This document shows positions 23,270-37,149 of a DNA stretch of 64,000 bases, one piece after another; the first letter of the stretch is position 1; the number at the start of each line of letters is the position of its first letter. A program made the position numbers and the translations under genes. Origin of the DNA: Dicyema japonicum (Eukaryota > Animalia > Dicyemida); the NCBI GenBank assembly GCA_011109175.1, contig RDEW01000006.1:1254699-1318698 (forward strand), given 5' to 3'. The notes below the pieces were generated by a model. The model was not told where the DNA came from. It ran no database searches and saw only the letters and a program-made list of their open reading frames with translations.

Positions 23270-26150
23270 CCTCCAGAGTGGAAGACCTGGCAACCTACCC
23301 TGTATTTAAATGTCAAGAAAATCTTATGAACAAACTCTCCTACGATATAATTGGAAGCAACGTTACTGCAAAACATCAGATCTCGAGTCTTCGTCACACA
23401 TAATCTCACAATTTCGCAACATGGAACGTAAGAGGATTAAACGAAGGGAAACTAGAAGTCGTAAAAAGAGAAATGAGAAGGCTTGATATTGACCTGCTTG
23501 GAGTAAGCGAACTTCATTGGATTGACAGTGGTTTTTTTAGTTCTGATGATTTCGTCATTCTGGTAACATTAATGCGAAGAGAAACGGATTGGCCTTCATT
23601 GCTTCAAAGAAAATTACACCTGCTATTGAAAGTCATAGAATATTTAATGATCGGATAATACTAATCCACGTCCGTGGACGACCATTGAATATTACGGTCA
23701 TGCAAGTGTATTCCCCAACATCTATTGCCAAGGATGACGAAATTGACCAATTTTATTATGAATTTCAAGAGGCACTAAAACTAATACCCAAAAAGGACAT
23801 AATCTACAGAATGGGGATTTCAATTCAAAAGTTGGGTGTATGCCACATACGGATATTGTGGGAAGTTTTGGTTTGGGGAAGAGAAATGATGCTGGGGATC
23901 GACTGGTCCAATTCTGTCAGGAAAATGGATTTCAGATAACTAATACATAGTTCAAACAGCACAAACGACGATTATACACTTGGACGTCGCCAAATGGAAT
24001 GTCTAGGAACCAGATTGATTATATTTTGTGCGCCAAACGTTGGAAAAGCTCTATAACAGCCGTCAAAACATATCCAGGGGCAGACTGTGGAACAGACCAT
24101 CAGCTACTTGTTGCAAAAATTAGGACGAAATTCAGTAACACTTGGAATACCCCCGAGTAAAGAAATTCGATGTCTCAAACATACCATTAGAATACGCAAT
24201 GGAAGTCAAGCACAACATTGGATTACTGGATTTGAACGGAAGGATGCCAAATGAATTATGGAATGATGTGCAGTTGGTTACCAGGAACGCTGCAATAAAA
24301 CATGTCAAATACAAAACGCCGGCCAAGTGCTCTGAGTGGCTCTCTGCTAACACTAAACATTGCTGAGGCTCGTAAAGCTGCTAAAGTCTCTGGAATATAG
24401 ACGAGATAAGAAAACTTAACTCTGAATTCAAAAAGGCAGCCAGGAAGGATAAAGAAGACTACTGGAGGTTACAAGGAAAAAATGGAAGATGACTATAAGA
24501 GAGGTCACACTAGGAATGCGTATTTACAACTAAAAAGATTACGAACCCCCTTTACTAAAATGATGGGCAAAATCAAGGACAAGGATGTGTTGAATTGCTA
24601 GGCCAACAGAACATGTGAAATCGTTAGAGAGAATATACGGAACGGCTATATTCAGAAACTGTGTGCCCACCCATATGTGTTGATGAAGCAACGTTGGGTG
24701 AGGGGCATAAAATCCTTGAGGAGGAATGCGTGTGGGCTACACGGCAATTAACGGGGAACAAGGCACCGGGATTGACAACATCTCAAGCGAATTGTTGAAG
24801 GCTATACCGGTGACAGCTATCACCAGTCTATGTCAAAAAATTTGGGAAACTGGTATTTAGCCACGTGAGTGAAAAAAATCTATATTTATTCCAATACCGA
24901 AAAAAGGGGATATCAAGGACTATTCAAACTATCGTAGAATAGCCTTAATTCCCCACGTCAGCAAAATACTTCTAAAGATAATACAACATCGTCTAATGCC
25001 AAATGCCGAAATGATTCTATGATGTCCAAGCAGGATTCAGGAAGGACGAGACACACGTAACCATATAGCAAATGTCCGGTGGATTATGGAGAAAACCCAT
25101 GAATCCGAAAAAGAATGTATACATGTGCTTCATTGACTATCGGAAAGCTTTTGATTCCGTTATACATGACAAGCTGTGGTCCGCTTCATAAAAATTTGGA
25201 TTCGATGCCATCTGATATTATCAAATCTCTTTATAAGGATCAAGAAGCTTGTTAGAACAGTGTATGGAGATACAAAGGATGATTATTCAAAATTGGTAAA
25301 AGAGTAAGACAAGGATGCTTATTATCTCCCATCCTATTCAATATTTATGCCGAAATGATCATGACTAAATTGGATACTGTAAAATTCAAATAATTTCGCT
25401 ATGCTGACGATACAACTTACTGGCTGAAACAGAGGATGGCCTCAGGGAGTTGATTCTAAGATTCAGGGAAGAGAACTCCGTCTTTGGTTTATTGCTAAAT
25501 ATCAAGAAGACCAAAATTATGACTACTGCTAATAATGGACTAATGCTACTAAAAATTGGGAATGAGAAAATAGAGTTGTGATAATGTTGTCTTTCTGGAA
25601 TGTCTAATTAATCGGAATGGTGACGGAGGCTTGGAAATCTAGAGGCGAATTGCCATGGGACGAGACTCCTTCCAGAGAATGAATAAGAATTTGGAAAACA
25701 AAGATATTTGCATAAGGACCAAATGCAGACTGGTTAATGCAATCGTGTTCTTGGTTTTTCTATACGGCGCAGAATCATGGATACTGAAAAAGGCGGATAA
25801 ACGAAAAATTGATGCTTTTGAGCTGTGGTGCTGGAGGTTACTAAGAATCCCTTGGACTTCCAAAATAACAAACATCGATGTACTCAAACGGGTAGAGACG
25901 GACATTTTGCTTGAAGGAAGAATCGTAAAACACAGATTGGCGTTCTTTGGGCATGTTGTCCGCTCTGATTCACTGGAAAGAACCATTATGCTGAGCAATA
26001 TTACTAGAAAGAGAAGAGGACTCGGTGGCTATCCACAATGGAAGACGAATGCCTATATCAAGGCTACTCCAAATTGCAACGGATCGGGGAGAGTGGAGGA
26101 AACTTGTTCATGAAATCTCCAAGGGTCGGACACGACTTAATTGGAGTACA
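23270..26150 (+). mobile_element. Near full-length degenerate BovB-like RTE LINE
   Basis: ATWNVRG, GVSELHW, HKRRLYTWTSPNG.RNQIDYILC..RWKSSI..KTYPGADCGTDHQLL, YADD and IDAFELWCWR; 3' end GTCGGACACGACT. Confidence 0.9.
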
Positions 26151-26439
26151 TGTATATACATATATATCCTCCAGAGTACCCACGGCTTTCCTGAATAGAC
26201 GACGATCATCTTTCATTAGAGTTTGAAGAGGGGTGGGTTTTGTTCCCAAATTTCGTTTATTTGAGGCCTCTAGCCTTGAATGGAAGAAACGACTTATTTC
26301 TTGGCTACACAGATAGATGAAACCGGAGCCATTATTTTTGATTGCGGTGTGGTCAAGCATTGGGGGAAAAAATCGGGGGTAGATTTGTTAGACGTTCCAG
26401 TTTGCCTATGGCCTGGACTTTAAGAGCGGTTTGATTATA

Positions 26440-26600
26440 TTTAGTTTCCTGAGACCCTTTGTCATAACGTTCTTCACATGTGAGAAAATGTCATCAAAGG
26501 GTCAAATGTCACTCCCAGGATAGTTGGACGAATCTGTAATGATAAGGAGTCTCCATAAATGTTCAAATCCAGTGTATGTTTTTCTTTTCTGTTCAATTGT
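26440..26600 (-). mobile_element. Jockey-like LINE post-RT fragment
   Basis: PTILGVTFDPLMTFSH. Confidence 0.55.
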
Positions 26601-26699
26601 TTAATAAAAGTTAGATAAATAATAAAGTAGTGAATAATAATTAATTTTTTTAATTTAAACTTGCAATTTTTTTGCAATTTTTGATTAAATTTTATTGTG

Positions 26700-28310
26700 G
26701 TGTGATCAACGAAAATTTCAGATTGCTCAGCCAAACTTTACACTGCCACATACTGACCACACTCTCCTGAAGATCCTAGTAAAAATCCCTAAAGGAGTAC
26801 GAATTGCCGCAGCAACGTGTCTTTCAGATGCCATTGATCACGCACTATCCTCTGACAGTTGGGAATCCTGGCTAAAACTTATATGCTTTGCACCTGTAGC
26901 ACTCGGAATACCTACAAAGGAATCTGAGGACAATAATAAAGAAACAAACTCCCGAGTCAATTTATCCGGGAAACTGAAACGAAACATAATGAATTTTAGC
27001 TGTCATAACATACATGCAATACTTGCACAGCCACTTATTCTCAATGAGGTCGAAACCAGAGGAGCATACACCAAAGATGCCCCAAACAAACTAAAAGAGA
27101 AAGTAAACCGGAAACTTCTGAAGGGCGACGTGCGGGCAGCCTTACGGGTCATCACGTCCGATGACACCGTATTGTCTGGTACCCCCGAGGTACTAAATAC
27201 CTTAATCCTGAAGCACCCAGATGCCTGGACATATTAAGGTCCATACGTCCACTTACACCTCGGAAGCTGGTACCTCGATGATACCACAATTGGAGGATCA
27301 TTCAAGGAAACATACAATTAATTACGTAAAGCGTAACCCGCTTTAAAACACTTGGGCTTGGACATCAATGTTAACAAATCAGAGTTAATAAATGTCTCAT
27401 ATCCATACACCGACTTCCTCTCTATCAAGGAGTCTTTAACGAACTGCTTCCTGGGATCCCGACTGTGCCAGTTGATAAATTATATTTCCTCGGATGCCCA
27501 CTCAGCGGAGAAGAACTCAAGAACCATCTACTTTACTTGGGATAACATTGTCTGCTCCAAAATTTTGGAAGACCTTAAAAAAGAAGCAAATCAACATCGT
27601 CTGGCTTGTTTGGTGTCAGCTTCAAGTGGAGGGAGTGGAGCATGGCTTGATGCAATACCTTGCCCAAACCTCGGGACCTTTTTGGACGACGATTCTTTGA
27701 GGATTGGAATCGGACAAAGGCTGGGACTAGATGTTTGCCAGAAGCACCGATGGGGGAAAACAGTCGATGCGAAGGGATTGCACCCGCTGTCCTGCAGAAG
27801 AAGCGCCGAAAATGGACCACGTCATGCTGCTATAAACAATGTGATCGTCAGAGCTCTGAAGGCTACAGGCTTTCCAGCACAGCTTGAACCAGTGGGTCTT
27901 AATCGAGGAGATGGAAAGAAACCCGACGGGATGACCCTTTTCCTCTTCACGTCTGGAAGATCTTTGGTCTGAGACGCAGCTTGCGTAGACACGTTCTCAA
28001 TCACGACACCTGGAGCAGCTGCTTCGACTGCGGAGAACCTAAAAATCAAGAAATATTCTTGCCTCGGGGACCGCTACGATTTACTTCTGTTGCAACCGAA
28101 TCATCGGGAACCGTTGGTCCAATGACGGCTGAGTTCTTGCGAGAACTCGGAGGATTGTTTGCCAGAAAGAAAAGGGATCAACGAGAAGGGTTATGGCTAA
28201 GACAAAAGATTGGAATAGCCATACTCCGAGAGAACTCGTTCGCAATCCTTTATAGAAAGTCCTCAACTGACATTTGTTTAATTGTTAAAAAAATTATTTT
28301 GTAAAAAAAA
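26700..28310 (+). mobile_element. CRE-clade (RLE) non-LTR retrotransposon, RT largely deleted
   Basis: WYLDD, GAWLDAIP, HPLSC, RHAAINN, LEPVGL, KPDG and LV*D; A-rich tail. Confidence 0.85.
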
Positions 28311-28369
28311 AGAAATCTCTAAATGTAAAATAGATACTATTCAGAATCAATTAATGTTATTTTTTGAAG

Positions 28370-28810
28370 TTATTCAATAGTCGGCAATGTGTTATTCTGG
28401 TTTATGATGAAGCTCAAGTCAACGGAACTCGTTTGTTAATTAGTCTGATTGGAAAAATCTCCGCTCCGAAAAATCTTCATCTTATGTCTGTAGCAAACTA
28501 AATTCTCCGCCTACCACTTCAACAATTTTGTGTTGAAGTTGATGAAACAATGAAAAAATTTTCAATTGAAAATGAAAAGTTCGTCTTATTCGTCACAGAT
28601 GCCTCAAGATATATGACAAGTGGTAGGAATAAATCTAATTTTAAATGGGACCTCAATGAAATTTTTATATCCAAATCTTTTCCACGTCACTTGTGTTTTA
28701 CAAATGTTACACAATTGTGCTCTAAGAATAAAATCCTACTTCACAGATGTTGATAACCTGATTTCTTCTGTAACAGCTGCCACGGTCAAGAACAAATTTC
28801 TTCTGTAAAA
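28370..28810 (+). mobile_element. hAT-like (DUF659-type) transposase fragment
   Basis: LFVTDASRYM...LYPNLFHVTCVLQMLHNCA..I..YFTDVDNLIS. Confidence 0.7.
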
Positions 28811-29291
28811 GTTGCCACGGTCAATTCATAATGGGGATGTGAGGATGAGTATAATGGATCGTAGTATACTTCACTATACTAAGCACGTGGTAGAAAATCT
28901 ACATCAAAGTATCTTTAGACGAGTGTATTAGCAGTTAGTGCGGGATCACCTAACTCAGAGACGCCAATGCTTGGTTGATTAGGATTTATGCATCGATCCT
29001 CTACTCACCCTATGACCCAGAGCCTGGATCGATCCAGTAGTTGTCTCCTAATCAATTTAATGTACAACTATATGATAATGCGATTCCAGGAGGCTGGGGT
29101 ACAATCAGAAACTGGAATACATTAACTGTCTGAGTGTACTTTGTCATTTTTATGTGCATCCCAGGGTTTTCTAGATATATTATAGCCTTCTATAACTACT
29201 GAAAGCACAACTAAATGATAATGTGATTCCAGGTCAGAAACTGGAGAAAAATAGTGAGATATACTAATTTCAAAAACCCCAAAAAAGGTTA

Positions 29292-29402
29292 TGCGCCAAA
29301 CCTAGAAGTACTGCAATACTAGGAGGACGCGCGGTATGGCGGAAGCAAGCTTCGCAACACACACCAAGTTACAAAAATAAGCATTATATCTTGCCCGTGT
29401 AA
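29292..29402 (-). pseudogene. U2: 5'-truncated U2 snRNA copy
   Basis: Retains Sm site, stem III and stem IV; the first ~78 nt including the branch-point pairing region are absent. Confidence 0.85.
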
Positions 29403-29640
29403 TGAACCTCATTCCAAAATCGGCCAGATTATTCTCGTTGTTTTTTTAGTTGGGACTTAACGCTAAAACTCTGGCAGAAGCACTTAGAATTATTTTATAT
29501 ATAGTAAAAAATAATTTGTTAACAAAATTATTTTTGTTATTTATATACTTATATTTAAAGCAAGTTCTTGTCAATTGGCAAGCAATCCTCCGAGTTCTCG
29601 CAAGAACTCAGCCGTCAAAATAAATTTAATTTATCTCATA

Positions 29641-31860
29641 ACTGGCTGAGGTGGTGTGGTTCCTCAATTGCACATATCTTTAAATAACACGCTGCAGAAA
29701 TCGAACTTATCAAAAACCAAGCACTATACACAGTGTGTAAATCGTTGCACTTGGATACTATTATTACTAAGACCCGATGGTTATTATTGTCAGAATACGG
29801 ATGAATCATGCCGTTCCATCTAACGATATTATTTTATCATACTTCTCTGGTCAAGATTTTGATTCTTCAAGTTGTAATGAAGAAAAGTTTTCTTAATAGA
29901 AAATCAGACATTGTTTTCAATTTTCTCCCACAAAGAACCTACGAGAAACACTATAATTTGACAAAGTTTTCTTCATTATTTTTTGTTCATGTTAATGACC
30001 AAACATAGTCCGAGGAAAGATACGACAAGCAGGGATTATCGTATTTGGCTGTCGGTACACTATAAATTATCTCGCGGCACAAAGTTTGACAATCTCTGAC
30101 CTACACTGTTCATAATTCAAAGATATGATAAATTAAACCAAATCGATTGTTACAATTCATATACAGTAAACTCTCAAAAATTTGCCGTATTTGGTTCCAG
30201 CCAAATTGTTGCAAATTTAAGAATTGGCAGATCTTAGAATTAATTTAATTTAAAAATAATTAAACTATTTAAATTAATAAATTTTATTTTTAAGGAAAAC
30301 AATATTTTTAACCAAGGAAACAAAAATTAATTAAATTTTAATAAAGTAATAATCAATTCCCAATTGCTTCTTAAAGGAAATTAATATTTTCTTTATAATA
30401 TTCTTATTGATCTTGTCCCTTTTCGGAGAGAAGAACCACCCTTCGCACCCATAATATAGGCTAGGGAGAATAACTCCCTTGAATATAAACAGTTAAGTGT
30501 CTTGGCTAACGCCTCTGCTACCTCCCAACTTGTGAAACTGGCGTGTCGTGAGGACAGTCCACTGGACTCAAACGGAGATATTTTTGACTGAATCAGATGT
30601 GGAGATGGGGAGTAACATGAGGTTATAGCACACTCTTCTTCCAAGAGAAGAGGGATTACCAACAATCTGTATCAAAAAACGCTTAATTAGTAAATTTACT
30701 CGTTATTATTATTCAATTATAAATTTAAATGACTTTTTAAAAAATAAATTCATCAATAACTGTATTGTTTGTAAAATTGGCATAGGAAGATATGGAATCT
30801 AAAACAATTCAAAATGTTTTAAAAGTCGAGAATGTACAGAATACGAATAAGAACTGACTAACATAATGCAACAGAGAAATCGTATTTAGAACAGATATTT
30901 ATGATCCTGAGAAGAATTTAGTTAATTAATTATAGTGAAAAGAAGGGAATTGATGAAGACGATAAATTAATGCTATTGAGGAACAAGAGTTATCTGAGTA
31001 ATTAAACATTGTGAATGCTTTTAAAATTTAGAGAGATTGAAAAATTATCTTTTAGAAAATATTGAAAATAACAACTATGCAGAATTCATTACTTCAATAA
31101 GAATATTATAAAGAAAATATTAATTTCCTTTTAGAGGCAATTGGGAATTGAGTATTACTTTATTAAAATTTAATTAATTTTTGTTTCCTTGGTTAAAAAT
31201 ATTGTTTTACTTAAAAATAAAATTTATGAATTTAAATAGTTTAATTATTTTTAATTAAAATAATTCTAAGATCTGCCAATTCTTAAATTTGCAACAATTT
31301 GGCTGGAAACAAATACGGCAAATTTTTGAAAGTTTTCTGTATATGAATTGTAACAATCGATTTGGTTTAATTTATCATATCTTTGAATTATGAACAGTGT
31401 AGGTCAGAGATTGTCAAACTTTGTGCCGCCAGATAATTTATAGTGTACCGACAGCCAAATACGATAATCCCTGTTTGTCGAATCTTTCCTCGGACTATGT
31501 TTGGTCATAAACATGAACAAAAAATAATAAAGAAACCTTTGTCTAATAAAAGTGTTTCTCGTAGGTTCTTTGTGGGAGAAAATTGAAGACAATGTCTTAT
31601 TTTCTATTAAGGAAACTTTTTTTCATTACAACTTGAAGAATCAAACCCCTGACCAGAGGTATGATTACATAATATCGTTAGATGGAACGTCATGATTCAT
31701 CCGTATTCTGACAATAATACCCATCGGGTCTTAGTAATAATAGTATTCAAGTGCAACGATTTACACACTGTGTACAAAACTTGGTTTTTGATAAGTTCGA
31801 TTTCTGCAGCGTGTCATTTAGAGATATGTGCAATTGAGGAACCACACCACCTCAGCCAGT
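29641..31860. repeat. Inverted duplication with arms 29641-30410 and 31093-31860; outer arms about 29430-29575 and 33240-33385
   Basis: Reverse-complement match, e.g. actggctgaggtggtgtggttcctc versus gaggaaccacaccacctcagccagt. Confidence 0.9.
30760..31339 (+). mobile_element. pogo/Tigger-like transposon 3' end; inverted second copy of the end starts at 30164
   Basis: TA-CAGTAAACTCTC terminus; remnant A*EDMESKTIQN resembles the pogo C-terminal AW..V...TI.NC motif. Confidence 0.55.
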
Positions 31861-33240
31861 TACCACCTCAATCAGACGTTTGTGTGGAAAAATCGGTCTG
31901 GAATTTAACAATGAAAAATGCGAAGCAATTAATCTGAATTTGAGTTCCTATTCATTCTACCTTTTTCATAGAAAGCTCTGCGATATCATCCCAGGGGTTA
32001 GGGAGACTAATATTGATTCTCTCGACTTCCTTGGGTGTGGGATTTTTGTAAACAGGTTGAGGGAGTTATTGGAAGGCAAGAGGACTAATTTACGTCAGTA
32101 TGCGTTTTTTGGACCGTCATATCGCCTTTTTTATGCTGAAAAATTGTCTCCTTCTCCCAAAACTCCTTTTTATTCTACGGGGATCCCCATGTTACGCCGA
32201 AAGAGACCTTCTATCGTTAATTGATATGGATATCCGGTCAACGATGGGGTCCATTCTTAATGTTTGTTTTGATGATTTCGGATGGTTACAGGCCTCACTC
32301 CCTGTAGCCTACGGTGGTTTGGGTCTTTCTCTTCCTTCGGACGTTGCTTTGGGCGCCTATTTATCCTGACGCCGTCGGGAGCCTGGGATGAATGGATGAA
32401 TTTGTACCTGAATGCTCCGGCCAATTGTGATAAGCAAAAGTCCTATTTGTTTTGTGTCTTCGAAAAGAAGAAAGAGTCCCTTGAAAAGACGGAAGATGTA
32501 AGAAGGCTTGCCTGCCTCAAGACAGCCAGTTATCACTCGACGGGGGCCTGGATGAACGCTTATCCATCTGCCGAAATTGGAAACCTGTTGGATGATGAGG
32601 CTGTGAGAATAGCTACCTCGCTTCGTCTTGGTCTTAAATTGTGTGCCGAAAGAAAATGCCGCTGTGGACGTTGGATCGATCCTTTTGGTTATCATTCCTT
32701 GTCATGCAAGATGAGTGCGGGTCGTTTCCCCAGGCACTCCTATCTAAACATGACATTAAAGAATTCCCTTGCCTCTGCTGGACACCATTGCCTGTTAGAA
32801 CCTGCTGGTCTTTCCCGAAACGGTGGAAAACGCCCTGATGGGATGACGAATTTTCCATTCGCTAACGGGCGAAACCTGATCTGGGACGATCCGTGTGTTG
32901 ATACTTATTCCCCGTCTAATTTGGTTGCTTCTGCTTCAGACCCAGGACATGCTTCAAAGCAGGCCGAGGAACGAAAAGGAGGAAGTACCAGAGAATTTCG
33001 GTGGAGTATCTTTTTGTTCCATTCGCGGCGAATACGTCAGGAATCCTTGGCTCCCAAGCAGATGAGTTGGTTCGTAAGATCGGCTCCATGATTCAAGCTG
33101 TGACCAAGGACCCGCGAGAGACTGGTTGGTTCCGAGAACGTATCTCGTTGGATTTTATTAAGGGAAATAGCATGGCCATTCAGATGCAATAATTTAATTT
33201 TTATTCATTTGATAATAAAATTTCTTTTTGTTTCATATAA
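31861..33240 (+). mobile_element. CRE-clade (RLE) non-LTR retrotransposon 3' half, second family
   Basis: QASLPVAYGGLGL, GAWMNAYP, CRCG..DPFGYHSLSC, RHSYLN, LEP, KRPDG and LIWD. Confidence 0.88.
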
Positions 33241-33654
33241 TTGACTAGAACTTGTTTTAAATATAAGTATATAAATAACAAAAATAATTTTGTCAACAAA
33301 ATATTTTTTACTATATATAAATACAATTCTAAGTGCTACTGTCAGAGTTTTAACGTTCAGTCTTAACTAAAAAAACTACGAGAATTGGTTTTATACTGAT
33401 ATAACCTATTTAATTCCTAAAAATGATTATTGTGAGACTCTTAAAGACTTCCGTTCTATAACATGTGTGTCACATTATATAATCTTATTACCAAATGTGT
33501 TAATTCCAAACTCACAGATTTTGTGGATTCATTTGGGCTATAATCTGACAATCAGCTGGGAACGAGAAACATTGTCATGGCGCTAAGGAACAGGCCATTA
33601 TTAATCAATCCTTAAATAAGGAGTATGAAAACGCCCTTTATGACCAACAAATAA

Positions 33655-35640
33655 TGTCAATGTCCCGACCTACGTTTCATCAAGTGAGTCTATCCTGAGT
33701 TCTTCAGCCTTGGACATCGCCCTTGCTGACGAATTTTACAATAAAACTGGATTAACAAAGACGTTATGTAGCCTTAGTCGAAATGATATATCGCTTCTGT
33801 CGATCAGTTCTATTTTAACTTTGTTTAACGCAGCAGTAGCAAGGGTCTATCTTCGAAATAATTCGTCACTGTCACTAAATAAGGACCCAAACTGTTTGTC
33901 TTCCTGAATTATCCAATCTTCTTTTCATTCTTTGAGATTGACTACTTTTATTTGGAAACATTAATTATAAGGAACCATTATTCAAGTTCACACATCGTCT
34001 ATCCCGTCGTCAGCATAAATTAACTAAGCTATGCAAACTTCATAAAATTTCAGAAAGTCAGTGCAAAGGATTTTAGTTGAGAATCGTTATCATTGGTTTT
34101 AACTGCGACGTCATTTGTGACCTCAGGCTATTTGTGTCTTTGATCTCCGTGTTTTGAATCCAAATTAACTGTGGCACGCGTCGTAAATAGAAGAAAATAT
34201 TGCTAGAAAGAGCTTTCACGAGGTCCGATCTAATTTTATGACTATAGTCAAAATTTACTCAAGCTATATACAATGCGTTTATAGTTCATGAGCTACCAGG
34301 GAGATGCTCAGAAATGAATATGTCAACTGCAATAGGTTATCAAAGCCATAGGGGAGGAAAACTTTTAGAAAAAAATGATTCTTTCTACAAAGTTGAAAAC
34401 CATCGAATTAAATTCTCAAAGATTGGTGAAACACTTTAAACGTGGATTACGTTTTTGAGACTTTATTCTCTCACAACTACGTTATGGATACTTTTACGTG
34501 AAAAATTAATTGAAATTATCAAGTTCGGCCAATAATCAGCCACCTTAACGAAAACCTAATATGAAACAAAATACCAATAAATTCTTAAATAAATAAAAAT
34601 AAAAAATATTCAAAAAGCCGAAGGTGAAACCAAACTAGCTAATTTATTTTGACACGTTCCAGCGATTCTAAAAGTCGTCTCGAGGTAACGAAATTGTCTC
34701 ACGGGGAAAGAATAGTAAGATCCTTGTGAATGCCTGCCATGCATCGGCGTGTCTTTGATTAGGTGGATTCAATGATGTTATCAGAAAAAAGATAAACTTT
34801 TAATCAATTAGCAAATATCATCTCATGTCACTACGTAGCTTCAATATAAATGACGCTTAACAGATTGCAGTGTGGAGTAGGACTCTCTTTATTATTATTA
34901 TTATTAACCAAGGGCTTACCATTGTAAGCTCAGCACAAACAGTCATAACTAACTAATCCAAAAAGGAACCAAAGGGAGAACATCCGCTTGTGCCGACCAA
35001 ATCCATCTTCCAATATTTCATTACAGGTATTTGCTTCCAAAGAGAGGTGAGAAGTAGGTCCGCAATCTTCCATTTTTTTCCACGTCGTACCGTCGCGGAC
35101 ATTACTTCATTTTTTAGCGGAATAGTTTTCATAATGCAATCTTCATTAGAGGGTACGTTACATTCAGCCAGGAAGGCATAGGAATTTCTTGATTAATAAT
35201 TTAATGAAAATAAGATTATTATAATTATAAAATCTTTATAAATATCATTTATTTAAAAAAATAAATTCATCAATATAGCAAGTGACATAAATTTTACACA
35301 TCGATGTGTTCATTTTACATATTTATGTTGTTGTTAATGTTCTTGTCCTCAATAACGAATTTCAACTTTATTTATAGAACGTCAATAGATTTTAAAAGTT
35401 TAAAAATCTAAAAGTTTAAAATCTAAAAAAAGTACAATTACAAATGTATTTTATAAATAATAATGGTAGACAAACGATAATTCAATTGTAAGTATTTCCG
35501 ACCATGTTTATGATGAATTGTAATTATAATCAAAATAAATAACTTGATCTACCAATTTTTATTGAATTCTCAAAAGAATAATAAAAATAAAATTAAAATC
35601 TAGTATTTCATAATTGACACATAAAGATAGTGAATTTTAC
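33655..35640 (+). repeat. Segmental duplication copy 1 (RTE remnant, SINE, retro-insert, 5' part of membrane protein gene)
   Basis: Colinear with 40838-42990 starting at tgtcaatgtcccgacctacgtttcat. Confidence 0.9.
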
Positions 35641-36310
35641 TTGGCCTAGTGGCGCTCCTAAGAAGAGAGGACAGCCACCAAATAAATCAGATATAACCAA
35701 GATTACCCTGGCTATTTCCCGACTATTAGAAAGAGGGCTGCGGAGCTGATAGCCCTCACCAGCGCTGTTGAGATAGATGTATAAATTATTAATAAAACGA
35801 AGATAAAAAACCTGGAATTATTAATATTATAAGTTATAATTCGATTAATATTCAATGGCCTCCCGGTTCCATAGCTTACAGGAACCTCTATTTTCTACAA
35901 AAAGAGTATTAAAACGTGATTTGCCAAGAATTATAGAAGAGAATGTCTGCGAAATTTTATGCATTGATTTGTACACTTTCATTGGTTGGATAACACTTGG
36001 TTGAATTTACTCCAAAAGATTAACGATTTATTCAATGATTGTAAAAGATTTTTTCGCTAATAATTCGAACCCAATTCTTGTGGGAGATTGCAATGCAAAA
36101 AATATTTTATCTGGTTGTATAAAAACTTAATTTGACGGTAAATTTTAATGGAAATAATGAAATCAGAATATTTAGAAGTTTTATTATAATCATTCAAAAA
36201 TTTTAAAATTTATAAGAATTATACTCACTGTTCTAACATTTTCAATCATCGGAGTCATCGATTTTGTTAACATTAAACGTCGAAATAGGATAAGACCAAT
36301 GGAATTGAAA
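35200..36310 (+). pseudogene. Lineage-specific membrane protein family, copy 1 (middle replaced by a LINE fragment)
   Basis: 5' and 3' parts match the 42570-43863 and 46570-47879 copies. Confidence 0.6.
35635..36190 (+). mobile_element. Degenerate LINE APE endonuclease fragment
   Basis: Homologous to the ORF2 start in the 61160-62680 array (RGQPP); PILVGDCNAK. Confidence 0.6.
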
Positions 36311-36319
36311 GCTGAGGAA

Positions 36320-36800
36320 ACATTGCGAGCATTCAAAAACTCTAAAATAAAAAAAATTCACTAGCTTTGTTGTGCCTTTGGTTATCTGGGGCGAGTCCAA
36401 GCTGATCAAATTAAACAGGAAATCTTGAGTCTCTAGTTCCCAAGCAATAACTCTGTTGATTGCGGTGTGTCTTTGACTCTTCCTAGCGCTCCTCCGACAG
36501 AAAAGAGCTTGTAGACGTTTAGCGTCGTTTTCTCCGAAAGCAACGTTAATGATTTCACATTTATACGTATTTAGTTCCAACGCAAGAGCTGCAAATGCAT
36601 AGTTGTCGCACTCGAATTATGCCACTATAATTTCAAAATTCTTACTGTGGTCGCATCACGCACGTATCATAAGTTCAGATATGTTGTGATTGCTGATGCT
36701 GCACAATCGATGCCGAAGACAGTGAGTAGAAAGCCAAGGAGGTCGCCGTGTTTGACTCCAGTCTTGGATTCGATGATGTCCACCAAATAAATCCCCCCAG
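36320..36800 (-). mobile_element. Highly deleted CRE-like remnant
   Basis: GVKHGDLLG, ELNTYKCEII and CRRSA..QRHTAINRVI. Confidence 0.65.
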
Positions 36801-37149
36801 GAGTACTCATGTTCCCATTATTTAAACCTCACCATAGCCAGAACTCACGCTTTATTTAAGAGGTAAAGAAAAATCATGGTAATTAATCCGGGACATCGTG
36901 TTCCTATTTTTTTGCTTGCAAGTTAGTTCCTGAAATAATACGGTTCCGCAGTGATGAATCACTGGTGAAGTTTGTGTCACAAATTATTATAATGTGGTGA
37001 AGTGTCACAAATTATTATAAATGTGGCCCTCGAAGCGAAATGAGTTTGACACCACGAACTTAACCTCCCTTTTTATAAATTTATTTATTTATAATATTAA
37101 TTACGTTTATTTAAAATGTTTATTTATATTTAGTATAAATCGACTTATA

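Noticed and set aside
29395-29440. U2-targeting retrotransposon (Utopia/Keno) insertion
   Set aside because: The break is about 78 nt into U2, no matching U2 5' half flanks an element, and no retroelement tail abuts the break
30393-30665. ORF in the spacer of the inverted duplication, and most other short antisense ORFs in the track
   Set aside because: No motifs; these are mostly shadow frames of TE or host coding sequence
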